64,000 nt of DNA from Pseudovirgaria hyperparasitica (lineage: Eukaryota). How positions within the stretch are numbered: the first letter of the stretch is position 1; the number at the start of each line of letters is the position of its first letter. The stretch lies in NCBI GenBank assembly GCA_010093815.1, contig ML996578.1; one strand, 5' to 3'. The translations under genes were made by a program, and so were the position numbers. The notes beneath the pieces were generated by a model. That model was given only the letters and a program-made list of their open reading frames with translations, was not told where the DNA came from and searched no databases. Of the stretch, positions 23,380 through 35,974 are shown in pieces.

Positions 23380-24968
23380 GATGAGATGTGTCTGTGAGCG
23401 TCTCTGAGGCTCTCGCTACACAGAGAGCTCATATGGCCTCACGGCGGGTAGTTTCGATACTATATGTAGTATTATACATCGCTAGAAATGCATGTGATAT
23501 GGCTGGCGAGTGAGATGTCGCTATAAGGTCGATATATGACGAATATCCCCTTGGCGCATTCTTACAACTGCGGAGAGCCCTTGTCGATGACAGGGTTGAG
23601 CACTGGCAGCTCTTTCCCGACCAGTATACACTATGCATGCCTCGACGCTGGCGCAATGCGGCAGCTTCAAGTATCCATGGATGCGAGGAATACTATCATA
23701 GATGAAGCCATGATATCCCAATTGTACATCACAATCGGAGCTCGCAACACACGCTTGATCGGAAAACAACCTCCGAGTCATGACGTAACTCCAGAGGAGA
23801 ATTCGCGAAAAGAACGACACTCCTACTATGTGAAGAGCTTCTGTCACAGTAGCAGCCGTCTACACACATGAGGCTTTCTTGCCAGCCAGAACAGCTTCTA
23901 GTATGGATTATCTGAGAAGGGCACGTCAATGCCATATCGTCTTGAGCGATAGTAACCGCAAGACGCAGGACTTCTTCACACTTCTTATCCTACCGCCTCA
24001 TAACCTGTCCCATCTCTTATTATCGGCGTGATGATCAATCCGAGTACATGACTTCCAAAGACTTGGAAACAGGCAAGCATACTGCCATGGCACTGCGACG
24101 CATTCGCATCCACCAACGGTACGCAACGAGAAGACTTGGCAACTCGCCTCGTTATAGAGCCGCGCTATGCACTATTGTCATCCATATAACCCGTCAAAAT
24201 TCCGTGATGGCTATTCATCTAGTAGCGAGGAGTTGGACCTCGGCAGAAGGACGAGGAGGTTGCGAGATGGTGAAAGCTCTGGTCGGTGGTGTTGAGATCA
24301 TTGACGTGGATCGTGAGAGGACGAAACTGACCTTGCAGACTTCGAAACTACGCATGACTTGAGTGTTTGCTGAACGCTGTGACGAGGCCGGACGTGAAAT
24401 AACTGACTGCAGAGTATGATGAGGTCCAACGCGGAGATGGAAGTGGTGGGCGAGAATTCATCCTTGACTAACACGAAACCCGGACGCGACTCAGTTGCTC
24501 AAAACACCACGGTCGAGCTGCTACAGTTTGTGAGATACAAGCTGAAATCAAGATATGGCCACTGATTGTGAGCCTCAGACCGAGAGCTCCGTGTCTGACT
24601 GACGTCAATCACAGTCTGAGACTGGTCTGGAGCCAGTCATACGAATCATTTTGCGTGCAATACAGGCCAGACCCCTTTATGAGTGACCGACAACACCTCA
24701 GGACAGACCCAAGTGAGACGAACAAGCCCTCTGAACGTCCACTTCGATAGCCTTACGATATCTGGGTGTGACAGGTAGTGAACGAGAGAGAACCAGGACT
24801 CGCACTCCTCCACCCCCCTAATTTACCCAGGACCAACCCAAGCGCCCACCTATAACAGTTCACCTTACCCCACTATCCACCACACAATCTGATTCATAAT
24901 CACAATAACAATCGCCACCCGGTCCTTCCTCCAATCCTATATAATTGTATTAAAGCAACTGAATTTCA

Positions 24969-25078
24969 GGGCAGATGGCACAGCGGTATAAGGAACGCGG
25001 TTGCCTCTGCACCTAAATGGACAAAAACCATCCGGTTTCTACAACGTCCGGGGATCAATTCCCCGCTGGTGTAGTTTT
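24969..25078 (+). ncRNA. tRNA-like Pol III unit / tRNA pseudogene
   Basis: TATATAA at 24938; A box TGGCACAGCGG 24976-24986; perfect T-arm CGGGG-ATCAATT-CCCCG 25049-25065; oligo-T runs from 25075. The acceptor stem does not pair. Confidence 0.5.
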
Positions 25079-25681
25079 GATCTTTTTGCTTTTTTTTCTG
25101 CTACTTTGGTTTTCGACTTTTTGGCATTTTTACTGTTTTGTCGTTCACATGAACGTATGCCGGGTGATGATTTTAGAGTGAGTCGCCGTTAAGTAAAAGC
25201 CAAGTCCTCACACGAAACGAAAAGGATTGTAATGAAGACGTAACGCTACTGAGAAGACAAAGGACGGTTGACATTCTAGTTTACTCGACGATAATAGATG
25301 ATACTAAACACGCATTGAGAGCGTTAAAGAATGATTCGGAATAGAGGACACCACAATGCCGGAACGCTGTATCTGAACGTACTAAGGACGCAAAGATAGA
25401 AATGAAGACCCTGAGAAACATTGAGCTCTGAATGAAATGAGACGACACAGCTTTGAAAGGTGTGACGAGTGTGAGATGAAAATTGAAACATACAAATACC
25501 TGGCGAATGTGCCGTACTGTACTCCATTAAATGCACCAACAATGATGTGCCCCTAGAAGAAGAATGTACGCCATAGATGCCGCCGCAAATCACTTAGTAT
25601 GAAACCATGAACTTTTACTGCAGTCTTCTGCCCGATCAGCAGGACTTACCATAGGTTGCTCTCATTCTTCGTCGACTCGAC

Positions 25682-27512
25682 TTAGCACGCTCTCTCGTCT
25701 TCTCGTTCTTCCTCATCTGCTTCCTCCTCCTCCTCATCACTGCTACCAAAACCCTTACACTCAGCCATAAAATAGGCCGGAACGAGACTTAATACTGCCA
25801 CCGCTGCCAGCACTGCATACGGCAACAATACGCACTCCATTTCCACACCTACCGTAAACAAATTACCCGCAAGCGCCGGCCCAGCCGCTCTACCTAGCCC
25901 ACTTGTAGTCATTGCCACACCATTCAGTGTGCCCAACACCTTGAGGCTGCACGCCGAGTTAGTCAGCAGGATGATACAGCATGGAAACATAAAGACGCTG
26001 ACGCTCTGCTTGAGGAGAACGGCGAGGAGTAAGGCGGCTTGGCGTGTGTGCTCGGTTGGGAGGAGGACGGTGTAGGGCGTGAGAAGGTAGATGAAGGGGT
26101 ATATTGTGATGCAGGTTTTGAAGGTGCGTAGGGTGCCGAAGTGGCTAGTGATAGGTGGGAAGATGAAGAACTGAACGAGCATAGAAAAGGCGCCAGCAAT
26201 GGAGAAGAAGACGCCGATGCGAGTGTGAGCTATGTAGACAGGTAAGCATTTGATATATGATAGAGGAGAGGAACGGACTTACAAAGTCCGAAACCGCGGT
26301 TGAAAAGGAACGGCAGGTGCTGAAATAGGGGCTGACTCGCATCAGATGAGTCTCGTGGATCAAAGGGGTGATACATGAAGACTGGAAGAAGCTGCTGGTA
26401 GGCGAAGTCGTGCATCGCTAGGAGAGTGTATGCCATGAGAGCAAAAGTCGATTGCAATCTAAACACCTCTTTCCACTTTGGATTCGCCTCTTTCTGCATG
26501 TTAGGTATGGAATTATCGCATAGGACAGTCTCTTCGTCATCTGTCGGGGATTTTGCGGATTGGAGAAGAGGTTCTTCTTCAGTTCCGCGAGATACTTCTG
26601 GAGGCTGTAGGTAGCATGAGTTGAACGATCTCGGATTGACAGCCTTGAGAAGCGCGTCTCCTAATGTTCTTCCAATATCACGCTTGTCTTTCGCAGTCTC
26701 GAGAGTTTCCTGTAGTTGTTAATGCCAGTGGTTGGAAAAAGATCATGACATCATACATGAAGGAACAAGAACCCAATGGTAATGCTTACAGCAAATAGAG
26801 CTGCAGCAAATATGTTCGGAAGCGCGTATGGGTACCTCTCTAGTAGATCACCATGATGTGACTGCTTGACCAGAACACCACCAAATGCCTGCCCCTTCTG
26901 TCAGCCGAAATCTAAGGATGGAGGCTTCTTCTCACCGGTCCAATGACCGAGCCCACGTTCCATACCAGAGGCATTATGCTAAATGCCCTCGGCTGAAGCT
27001 CCTACACGCGTTCGATCAGGATCCTGAAGATCACCTCAAGCTCGGGCCACATACCTTCCATGGACACAGTTCTGCTACCATAGTTCTGATGATACCGACG
27101 TTGCCAGACATAAAGCCTTGCAGGGCCCTTGCAATCATGGCCATAGTAAGATTCGTTGAAAATCCCCATAGCAGAACAGTCGCCGCCGTGTTCGCTAGTC
27201 CGAACAAGATGATGGGCTTGCGACCATAATGGTCCGATAGCCGGCCCCAAAATATAGCGGTAAAGGCTTGACATAGACAAAAGATAGTGCTGCTCCATCC
27301 AGCCCACTTCGCAATGTCATTCTTGGGTACGCCGAAGCTCTCGATCATTTCTGGGAGGTATGGGAAGACGGACGTCATGGCAATGGGCTCTGACAAGCGA
27401 CATAGTGCTGGACAGATGGTCAGTTCTGCTCTTGAACGCTCGGTAAATCAAGAGACTCACCCAGTATCGTCAGCTGCCCCGTTGGCAGTTTGTGAGGAGT
27501 TTTTGTTTTCAT
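25682..27512 (-). CDS. MFS transporter (multi-exon; ZIFL/YCR023C-like)
   Basis: CRLSEPIAMTSVFPYLPEM, WGRLSDHYGRKP (MFS motif A), ARALQGFMSGNVGIIRTMVAE, LGTLNG, GRAAGPA. Confidence 0.9.
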
Positions 27513-27991
27513 ATCTGCATAAGATGCCCCACCCCCGGACTCGGACAGGTGTATAAGTGTTGATTATACCGATTCCGCGAGAGAGAGACCAAGCGCGGAG
27601 TTCAACCCAAGCCAAGCGAGGAGAGTTGGGGAAGATGTTTGGGCAAAAATTGCAGCTGTCCGGTGAGCACTGAGCAATTGGGGCAGGATAGCCGCGATAG
27701 CGCCACTGTTACCGCGCGTGATGGATCGGTAGAGTGGAGATCGGAGTGGATCAGGCGGGCTCGGGCACTATGAATTGCTTAGGCAGCCCCCGATCTCGGT
27801 GGGGGGTGGCTTGCGTCGTCATCCTGCGTAGACTCGATGTTACTTGCTTTCTCATGATGGCGATAGTTACGATGCGACGATGGTGTTGAGGGCGAAGGAG
27901 ATTCTGAGAGACCCTGATGAGCAAATAAGGTGCTCTGGTGCTGTCGATCATCCATGCTGGCTTGAACGGCCCTGGAGCCGATTTCAGTCCG

Positions 27992-28028
27992 CCGGGGCTC
28001 CGGCTGGCGGGGCCCAGTGGCTGGCTAA
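27992..28028 (+). promoter_or_regulatory. CreA-type (CCGGGG, GCGGGG) and XlnR-type (GGCTAA) motif cluster upstream of the LPMO
   Basis: Motifs at 27992, 28007 and 28023, ~430-460 bp upstream of ATG 28452. Confidence 0.3.
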
Positions 28029-28451
28029 GACGAGGACTCCAGGTAGATGGTGAAAATCATATTCACATAGATATCTAGACAACACAGCCGTCTACATACT
28101 ATCTATAGCCTTGCTTCTTCAAGCTAACATACATGCGATTGAGCAGTCTGTCATGCGTTCATGTCCCCCACTGAGACTCTAGAGTATAAACACCAACCAC
28201 TCCTAATCATGCATTTCAGACGGACCAATGCATCATGCAGGGAATATATCAATGGTACACTATGACTTCGCTCAATCGATAAACTTATGAGTTAATTCCA
28301 GTCCGAACCGCGTGTGATTGTGACCGTAAAGACCGTATAAAGCACTCTACCAGCCAACACTTTCCATCATGTACCGAGACGGATATAAACCAGCCACGTC
28401 CCCAGTGTATTAAGCTATGCCAGCAGCAAGAACCATATCATCGGTGTGACC

Positions 28452-29205
28452 ATGAGGCCCAACTATCTCGTTGCCATCATTGCCCTTCTCCCAAACACTC
28501 TTGCCCACTGTACGTCCCCTCCAGGATCCCCAATCCCTTCTCACGACTCCTATACTAAATGTCCCAGACAGGTTCCAGACAATTCTCACATCCCCTGCCA
28601 CACCTGCCTATAGGTTCATCCGCCTCAATACCAATGAGCGTAACCCAGTGTCTTCGCTCTCAACCCCGGACATCCGCTGCAACACCGGCACCCTCGCTTC
28701 AGGCCCTTCTACTCGTATTCTCCCCATTCGCGCCGGCACCGCGCTGATCGTTGGGCTCGACCAAGAAATCTACCATGCCGGCCCTCTCAATGCCTATCTC
28801 TCCGCCGCACCTACTGGTACCAACTTGACCGCATACGACGGCAGCGGCGACTGGTTCAAGATTGCATCTTTAGGTCCTGACTGCGATGGCGTGAATGCGT
28901 GTGACTGGGCGCCGACGCGGATAGCAAATTGGACGGTCACAGTGCCATCGAAGACACCGCCGGGGTTCTATTTATTGCGCGTAGAGCAGATTGCGCTGCA
29001 TAATGCGGGACAGCAAGGGGGGGTAGAGTTCTATCTTAGCTGTGTGCAGGTTCAGGTCGAGGGAACTGGGGACGGGAAACCGGGCCCAATGGTGAAGTTT
29101 CCGGGGGCGTACAAGGCAGATGATAAGGCGATTCAGCTGGATATATACTATCCAATCTTGATGAATTACACGGCACCAGGACCGTCTATCTGGAAAGGAG
29201 TCTGA
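28452..29205 (+). CDS. AA9 lytic polysaccharide monooxygenase; intron 28510-28567
   Basis: Signal peptide MRPNYLVAIIALLPNTLA followed by His1 (HYRF after splicing); DIRCN, IYHAGP, YDGSGDWFKI, YLLRVEQIALH, EFYLSCVQ, VKFPGAY, PGPSIW. Confidence 0.94.
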
Positions 29206-30062
29206 AGAAATGCGGAAACTGGAAGGTAGCGTTTAGCGATGAGAGTTCTGGTGTCATAAGGCGGTGGTAATGATCGTTATGTTTGAGGTACGGTGTCTGA
29301 GAACAGTTCCTGATACATATATTAGTTCTTTTGAGGGGTCTGTACAGTTTCGATTCTGCAGTGGATGAGACCTCTGGCGCAACACGTCCCACCACTGCAG
29401 TAACTATGAGCACTCTAGCTGTTCAGGCTATGATTGCCATCTCACACTTAGCAGTAATGGAGGAAGCTCGGCACAGATAAGCATTCATCTGTTGAAATTC
29501 AGTAAAAACCCGAACAGATTCAAAGTAGACTTACCAGCAGGTCTTGTACCTCCATTACTGGAACCCAAGACTGCAAAGTAATATGTGACGTTTGTGGTGC
29601 ACCTCAGACAATATGAGACGCTGCGTCAAATGCTCCCAATGATCGGCTATGTCGGTCCTAGGCTTGCAGGGCCGAGTGTCAGGACGTTACTATCAGCAGT
29701 GAGTTTTGTTGCAATTGAAGAAATGCAGTCAGGCCAGTAGCAGATGACTGAAGTATTGGGTCTTGTGTGTTGACAGTCGAAATAGCCGGCAGCTAGGAAA
29801 CAGGGCCTCTTTCTCTGCCTAAGGCAACAAGACTCAAGACAGGGCAGAAGAAAATGAGCGTTATCCAACGCTCGACTTGGAAACACTTTCCTGATTAGGC
29901 TTGGAAGAGCCAATCAGAGACCTACGGCTCTGCTCGTAGCGCTTACGTAATGTAGCATTGAAGCCTGGTTGAATCTATAATGTCTGCGGGTACACTTTTC
30001 TCCCATCGTCAACTCGTTGAGGAGCACCCGGCCCATGATGTCCTTATTCTCTCCTACCGGTC

Positions 30063-31766
30063 TTAGTTCCCAGTCTCCAACACCTCCAAAGCCCCGCCAA
30101 CAAGGTGTAAAGATCCTGTGATCAGCGCCATGACCTCCTCTTCCCCTCCCGCAATCTCTCGTACTTTCTCGACAGCCTCTTCAATCGTCCTCAAAACACT
30201 GACGTCCACAACTGGATCAATCTCCCGCCACGTCTCTGCCAACGCCTTCTGCACACTCATACTGTCTACCTCCGCACCACTATTCACCACACTGGTCAGA
30301 TCTGCACTGAATCCTGTCTTGAATGTCGTATTCGTGCAGAAAATTGCGTGTGTAAACGGACTTGTGCCCAATTCAGCTTCAGTCTTCAACGCATCACAAA
30401 GCGTCGCATGCAAAGTGCGTGCGAGGGCCTCCGCATTGCGGTCCGACGTCTGCTGATTGAAGACCAATACACGCTTCTGTGTGCGCCGCCGTGCTACGTG
30501 ACCGCCAAACCACGTCCCTGCGAATGCAATGCTGTCGAGGGTGTGTCCGCCGTCGATGTGCCATGTGATCTTACCATCGTGTTTAATCTCGCAGCGGCCG
30601 CCAAGATGTACAGTTTCAAGGCCTCGGCGGAACTCAGCTGGAAGGGGGAAATTGGGTGTCGTGACCGGGTCGGGGAGTGATGTGAGGCCAAGTTTGCGTA
30701 ATTGCGCCGCAGCAACTGCAATGGCGAGACTAGCGTTGGTTTTCTGGAAGTCACCGTCGAGGCCGAGAGTGATGTTTTCGAGTTCTGGGTGGCGCTCAAC
30801 AACGGTGAGGGCAACTCCCTTCTCGGCAGCGCGTTTGTAAAGAACTTCGAGAGCACCAGCAGGCTGTGGTGCAGTGAATGCTGGTGCAGAAGGCTTCATT
30901 ATACCGGCTTTATGCCAGGCAATCTCTTCGATAGTCGGACCCAGGACCGGAGTGTGGTCAATGCCGAGAGATGTGATGGCAGTGACGGACGGGTTGACAA
31001 GAATGTTGGTGCTGTCATACTCGCCGCCGATACCACATTCAATGATGGCGGTATCGACGCCTTCTTCAAGGTATGCGTGAAACGCCATCAGTGTGAGGTA
31101 CCGAAAGTACATGGGCTTAGTGGGCCCTGACTCTGCTGTATTTCCATCTTTTGCTGCTGCGTCGAGCTGATCCCAAACTTCAAAGAAATACTTCGCAAAT
31201 GCCTCCTCATCTATTGGCTTGTTGTCCAGCTGTATTCGTTCGCGTACGAACCGCAGATGTGGGGAAGTGTATAGACCGATCTTTCGTAATATTGGGGCGG
31301 ATTGCTGTACGGATGGCAGGTATTGAGCGAGGATGGAGGACACGAACGAACTCGTAGAGCCTTTGCCTTTGGTTCCCGCGACATGGATAGGGTTCAAACG
31401 GTCGAAATCAGAAGGCTACAAGCCCGTTAGCAAGAAGATTGCGGGGCCATGCAAGTAAGGGATGTGGGGGGAGCCGCACACCTCATGTCCAGCTTTACGA
31501 CACCAGTCGATCATTTCTGGGATGGCGAGCGCATTCATATCCTTTGAAGACTTCCGGATCTTTGATATGGTCGCGAAGTTCGACTGGAGGGTGTTGAGCG
31601 CCTCGACCGCAGCCTAGTCACGGTCAATTGATCGAACCACTGCGAGGGACAGGATATTTGTTCATACCGAATAATCGCGACCCATGGCGTTCGAATAACT
31701 GCGCGTCGGTATCTTAAAGTTTGAAAGTTGCCTGAGCAATAGCGAACACCTGAGAGGATGTGGCAT
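30063..31766 (-). CDS. MET7: Folylpolyglutamate synthase (alternative ATG at 31685); 2 introns
   Basis: AVEALNTLQSNF, IHVAGTKGKGST, GLYTSPHL, FRYLTLMA, ECGIGGEYDSTN, LGIDH, IAWHKAGI, DGGHT, TGSLHLVGG. Confidence 0.93.
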
Positions 31767-32279
31767 GCCCGTATGGCATGAGACCGAGCTCGGTCGAGAC
31801 TGTGAAAAGATTCCCTCGGTGACCGGAGTTCGAACAATTCGCGCCGCGGGCTTCGGCTCGTCCCGGACGCTGGTTGATGGTTGATCGGCACACCACCGGT
31901 ATACGGAACTGTTGGAGCAAACCATCGACTGATTATTGATACGACAGTGCACAGTAGAAAATTCGTAGTCGATTATCTATTCAGCTTCACAAATGATAAT
32001 GTATATGATCGTACAGAAAACATAGGCCTACAATACCAGCATAAATCGTTGCAATGCTACGATCAATGAAGTGGAGCAGAGCGAGACCTAAGACGGATGG
32101 AATGTACATCCACGATGGAATAGTAACAGGCTGAATACCAAGCCCACGAAGTTCCCTCCTCTCGACTCTTTGTACTCTCAACAGTTGGCCTAATCTCGTT
32201 GTGTATACTACATACACATCGTCGTCTGGTCTGGAGACAGGATGTTGTCGCAAGTAAGGAATGACTACCGTACGCTTTG

Positions 32280-33020
32280 TCAGTGTACAACGACACTTTC
32301 ATTTCCGAGGTGGAGCAGCGACATACTCTGATCGAGCTGTAGTATCGGATCACTCTCCGTCGTGAACCATCCCCTCTGGGATCCCCACAGAACCTTTTTG
32401 CCCGCCGCTTGACACTCCTCTAGTAGTGCCTGCATCAATGGGCAGTCTGGCGCAACTGACTCAAACGCATCAAACTCGACATCCTCTATCGATTTGACCT
32501 GCTCAAATACACCCTTGATCAGGTCCCTTGAGAATTGTGTGTAGAAAACCTTGCTCACGCGGAACCCTTCAAAGATATCCGAGCTCGCCGGATCGACCTC
32601 CACAAAGACCTTCAACAATCTTACATTCACCATGTCATTCAATCCTAGTTGCGCACTCACGACCCACGAACGTGGCGGTTTTGTAAAGCCTGGCCCAAGA
32701 CGCACATCGAGCGATGTTAACGCAGCACGATATTTGGGCGCCAGCCGCACTGTGAGAGGCTTCTTGGTATGAAAGAATCGGCCATTCACGGGGAACAGGC
32801 GAAAGGTGTTGCAGCCATAAAACACATGATACGCCTCCGCGTGCATGCGGCGACTCACAAGAAAGACGCCCAGCAACGGTGCAATCTCGCGGTAATTTGT
32901 AGGTGTGAGGTCGATAGGCGAAGGCACGGAAAGGACGAGCTCGTAGATGCGTATGCGCAGTTCGGATGGAAGAGAGAAGAAGGGAAACGGCTTCGCATTC
33001 GCTTTCATCTTCGACGGCAT
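32280..33020 (-). CDS. Conserved hypothetical protein with N-terminal F-box-like motif
   Basis: 246-aa ORF with PFPFFSLPSELRIRIYELVL and VSRRMHAEAYHVFYGCNTF. Confidence 0.75.
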   Translation of the reverse strand: MPSKMKANAKPFPFFSLPSELRIRIYELVLSVPSPIDLTPTNYREIAPLLGVFLVSRRMHAEAYHVFYGCNTFRLFPVNGRFFHTKKPLTVRLAPKYRAALTSLDVRLGPGFTKPPRSWVVSAQLGLNDMVNVRLLKVFVEVDPASSDIFEGFRVSKVFYTQFSRDLIKGVFEQVKSIEDVEFDAFESVAPDCPLMQALLEECQAAGKKVLWGSQRGWFTTESDPILQLDQSMSLLHLGNESVVVH

Positions 33021-33876
33021 ATCGATGTAGTGTACTCGAAGAACTATAGAGACTTCTACGAGCGAGTGCTCAGACAGACATTGTGAAGGCTTGGATTAAG
33101 GTGGCAGTGATGTTCGGGCTTTACGGGTCAACTGCAGCCCATTTGGTGAGGGGCGGATGATCTTGGGAAGCTCAAGGGTTTCTTCTCCCCAGTAATTGTC
33201 AACTAAGAGCCCATACGGATAGGGGCAGAGAGTCAAATTTCGACTGGGTGAACTTTATCAACTGAAGAAAGAAAAGCGAAGGAAGGCCGAAGTGCGGACT
33301 TGAGAAAAGCAGCAACGGACGCTAGTGTAGCTTAGTCAGCATTGTTGCCCGACCTCGGGAGAACTAATATCTGCTTCAGGTAATGTTCGGCGGATGTTGC
33401 CTGATATAGCTGAATACAGTCCTCGGTCCTAAATGCCGACGATATCCTTCCTGGGCATAACTATTACCGTGTATTATGCATTCCGAATCGCATCATGGTA
33501 AACGCTCCAACCGCCAGTGAATCACAGTTATCAAGTTTAAGCAGTATTCAGTCAGGTCATCATCGCGAGCTGGCAGATATGCATGTCAGGAAGCTTATGC
33601 ACCTCAGTTCACCCAATGAGCTGTGTGGGCAGCCGTACTCCCAACACAACAGGCCCCATGCATATCGCGAGACTGGGACGGCATCTGAAGACTGTGGGGA
33701 AATGCAGCAGATGCCGACTTGCTCTACGACCTGCATGAGGTGGAAGCCGCTCCCTGCAAGTCGCGTATACAAGGACCCCATTGTTTCCATCTCTGAGTAG
33801 CCTCACAGTCGTCCTCATATCACTCCACCTTACAACTAGCGCTTGAGTCGAGCATACAGTGGCACTCTTTGCCAAA

Positions 33877-34971
33877 ATGTCTTCCACGAAACCTATTCTA
33901 CTACACCTCGGCGGCGACATCCGATGGAATCATGACCTATACAGACAGCTCTCCACCAAATTCACAATTAAGCGCAGCCATAGCATGGACCGCGCCACTT
34001 TCAAGGCTGCTCTGCAATCTCACCAGTTTGGCGATTTCGTTGCCATGTACCGGCCCTTCTGGAACACGGGAGGCGAAATGGGCAATTGGGACAAAGAACT
34101 TATGTACGGACACATTCCATGTTCCGACAGCTGCTTCATTTAACATTCCTTTAGCGCTCTGCTACCCAGGTCTTGCAAGATATATGCCTCTGCAGGCGCC
34201 GGCTTCGATTGGGTGGATACATGTGCATTGGCTGAGCGTGGCATTGTGTACTGTAATGCTGCTGCCGCCTGCACCGAGTCAGTTGCAGACGCCGCCATCT
34301 GGCTGATTCTGTCTTCTTTTCGCAAATTCACTTGGTCCGCACGCGCCGCACGTAGTTGCTCCGTGGAACAGTTCAAGGATGCCAACCAGAACATTGCAGC
34401 CGTCACACATAATCCAAACGGCTTTTCGTTGGGTGTGATCGGACTGGGAAGAATCGGATATAGAATCGCACAGAAGGCCACGGCAGCGTTAGAGATGAAG
34501 ATTCTATACAATGATATACGGCGAATGCCCGAAGACATTGAGAAGAGTGTCGGCGCAAAGTTCTTCGAGAATCTTGACGATATGCTTGGAGAGGCGGATT
34601 GTGTGCTTGTTGCCACGCCCTTCGCCGGTGATAAACTGATGGGTCCCCAGAATATCGCGAGGATGAAGCATGGCGCCCGCCTGATCAATATTGCGAGGGG
34701 AAAGCTGATTGACGAGCCTGCGTTGGTGGCTGCCTTGCAGAGTGGCCACCTATATGCTGCTGGACTTGACGTGCATTTCGATGAGCCGCTGGTCAACCCA
34801 AAGCTGGCGGCTATGGACAACGTTGAAGTGCTCTGTCATACAGCTGGCGCTTCAGTGGAGTCGCACGTCGGCTTCGAGAAGCTAGGCATGCAGAACATCA
34901 TGAGCTTCTTCGAGACTGGAAGTGCGGTCTCACCAGTCAATCTGCAGTGGCTGAAGACGTCAAAGCTATGA
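33877..34971 (+). CDS. D-isomer-specific 2-hydroxyacid dehydrogenase; intron 34104-34154
   Basis: AGAGFDWVD, GVIGLGRIG, INIARGKLIDE, AGLDVHFDEP, HTAG. Confidence 0.92.
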
Positions 34972-35320
34972 TTGCGTGGAAGGCAGTCTCAGCAGTGTCG
35001 GGTGGTCTGTGGTGACTCTTTTTCCCAATTCCAATAGCATTTTGAGCGAATTCATGTGTCCTCCTGCTTATCTTTCTCGGGATCAGTTACCATATGTTCA
35101 ATGTTTCTCTTTCGTGTAGTACCTTAGCTACCAGCCGCCCCTTGTATTCGTGAATGCACTTCTCGTACTGTCACTGCCTCAGGCGCCAGCATTTAATCCG
35201 TTCGAAGGCGGGCCGTGAGCCATCTTCTCTGACCATGTCACCCGGGGATGGTAACACCTGGTGGCCCTGTCCTAACGCCCGAAGCATTCGGGTGACCTTG
35301 ATAAATTTCCAGTCTTCTCT

Positions 35321-35974
35321 TCAATATGCATCATCTTCGTCAATACGATCCCCCCTCCTCCCCGTCAGAAAGTCAATCCACCCAACCCTCCTTCCTCTCG
35401 CCAAACTCAACGCATCCTGCAAAACCCCATACCCAGCACCCACCACGAACCCCATCCGCGCCGTCCTCAACGCCGTCATCCTAGGCAAATCCTTTATACC
35501 CGCGTACCCGGTCGCAATCACCGTTCCCGCAAACGCACTATTCGCAAAATCGCGCGTGCCCCGAATCCAATCACCAGCCTCCTCCAGAAGCATAAACGCA
35601 CCCCCGAACGCGCCCACCAGCACCCCGCCCCGTACTCCAGCCTTCAACCCACCCATCATCATTGCGTAGTTCTTCGACTTATGGTAGAAGTACCAGCCCG
35701 TGTGTGTGGTCGGGAGGCGGTGTGCGTTTTCGGCGCGGAAGACGAGGCCGGCCATGTGCGAGCCGTCGAGAAGACCAAGCGAGGCCCCAGTCCCAAAAGA
35801 CACACATGTACCGAGGATGATGCGGGTTTCGAATGGTATAGAGAGGCGTTCGTGGCCGGAGGGCTTGGAGGAGAGGTCCGAAGCTTTGAAGGCGGCTTCG
35901 CGCCGCGCGAGGGCGGAGACAAGGGAGTTGCTAGTGGTGGCCGTGGAGTTTTGGGGTCGATTAACGTCAGACAT
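35321..35974 (-). CDS. Conserved fungal Tim17/Tim22-like membrane protein
   Basis: FRAENAHRLPTTHTGWYFYHKSKNY followed by Gly-rich TM helices, and GVLQDAL. Confidence 0.7.
   Translation of the reverse strand: MSDVNRPQNSTATTSNSLVSALARREAAFKASDLSSKPSGHERLSIPFETRIILGTCVSFGTGASLGLLDGSHMAGLVFRAENAHRLPTTHTGWYFYHKSKNYAMMMGGLKAGVRGGVLVGAFGGAFMLLEEAGDWIRGTRDFANSAFAGTVIATGYAGIKDLPRMTALRTARMGFVVGAGYGVLQDALSLARGRRVGWIDFLTGRRGDRIDEDDAY

Noticed and set aside
24560..24760. Recurrent TCAGAC/GTCTGA-like words suggesting a repeat or CRISPR-like array
   Set aside because: No constant repeat unit or spacing, and the context is eukaryotic.
24969..25073. Functional tRNA-Gly or tRNA-Ala
   Set aside because: Acceptor and D stems do not pair and no canonical anticodon arm forms; kept only as a tRNA-like unit.
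22033..27512. Secondary-metabolite cluster (TauD plus MFS)
   Set aside because: No PKS, NRPS, terpene synthase or RiPP-like repeat precursor occurs in the window.
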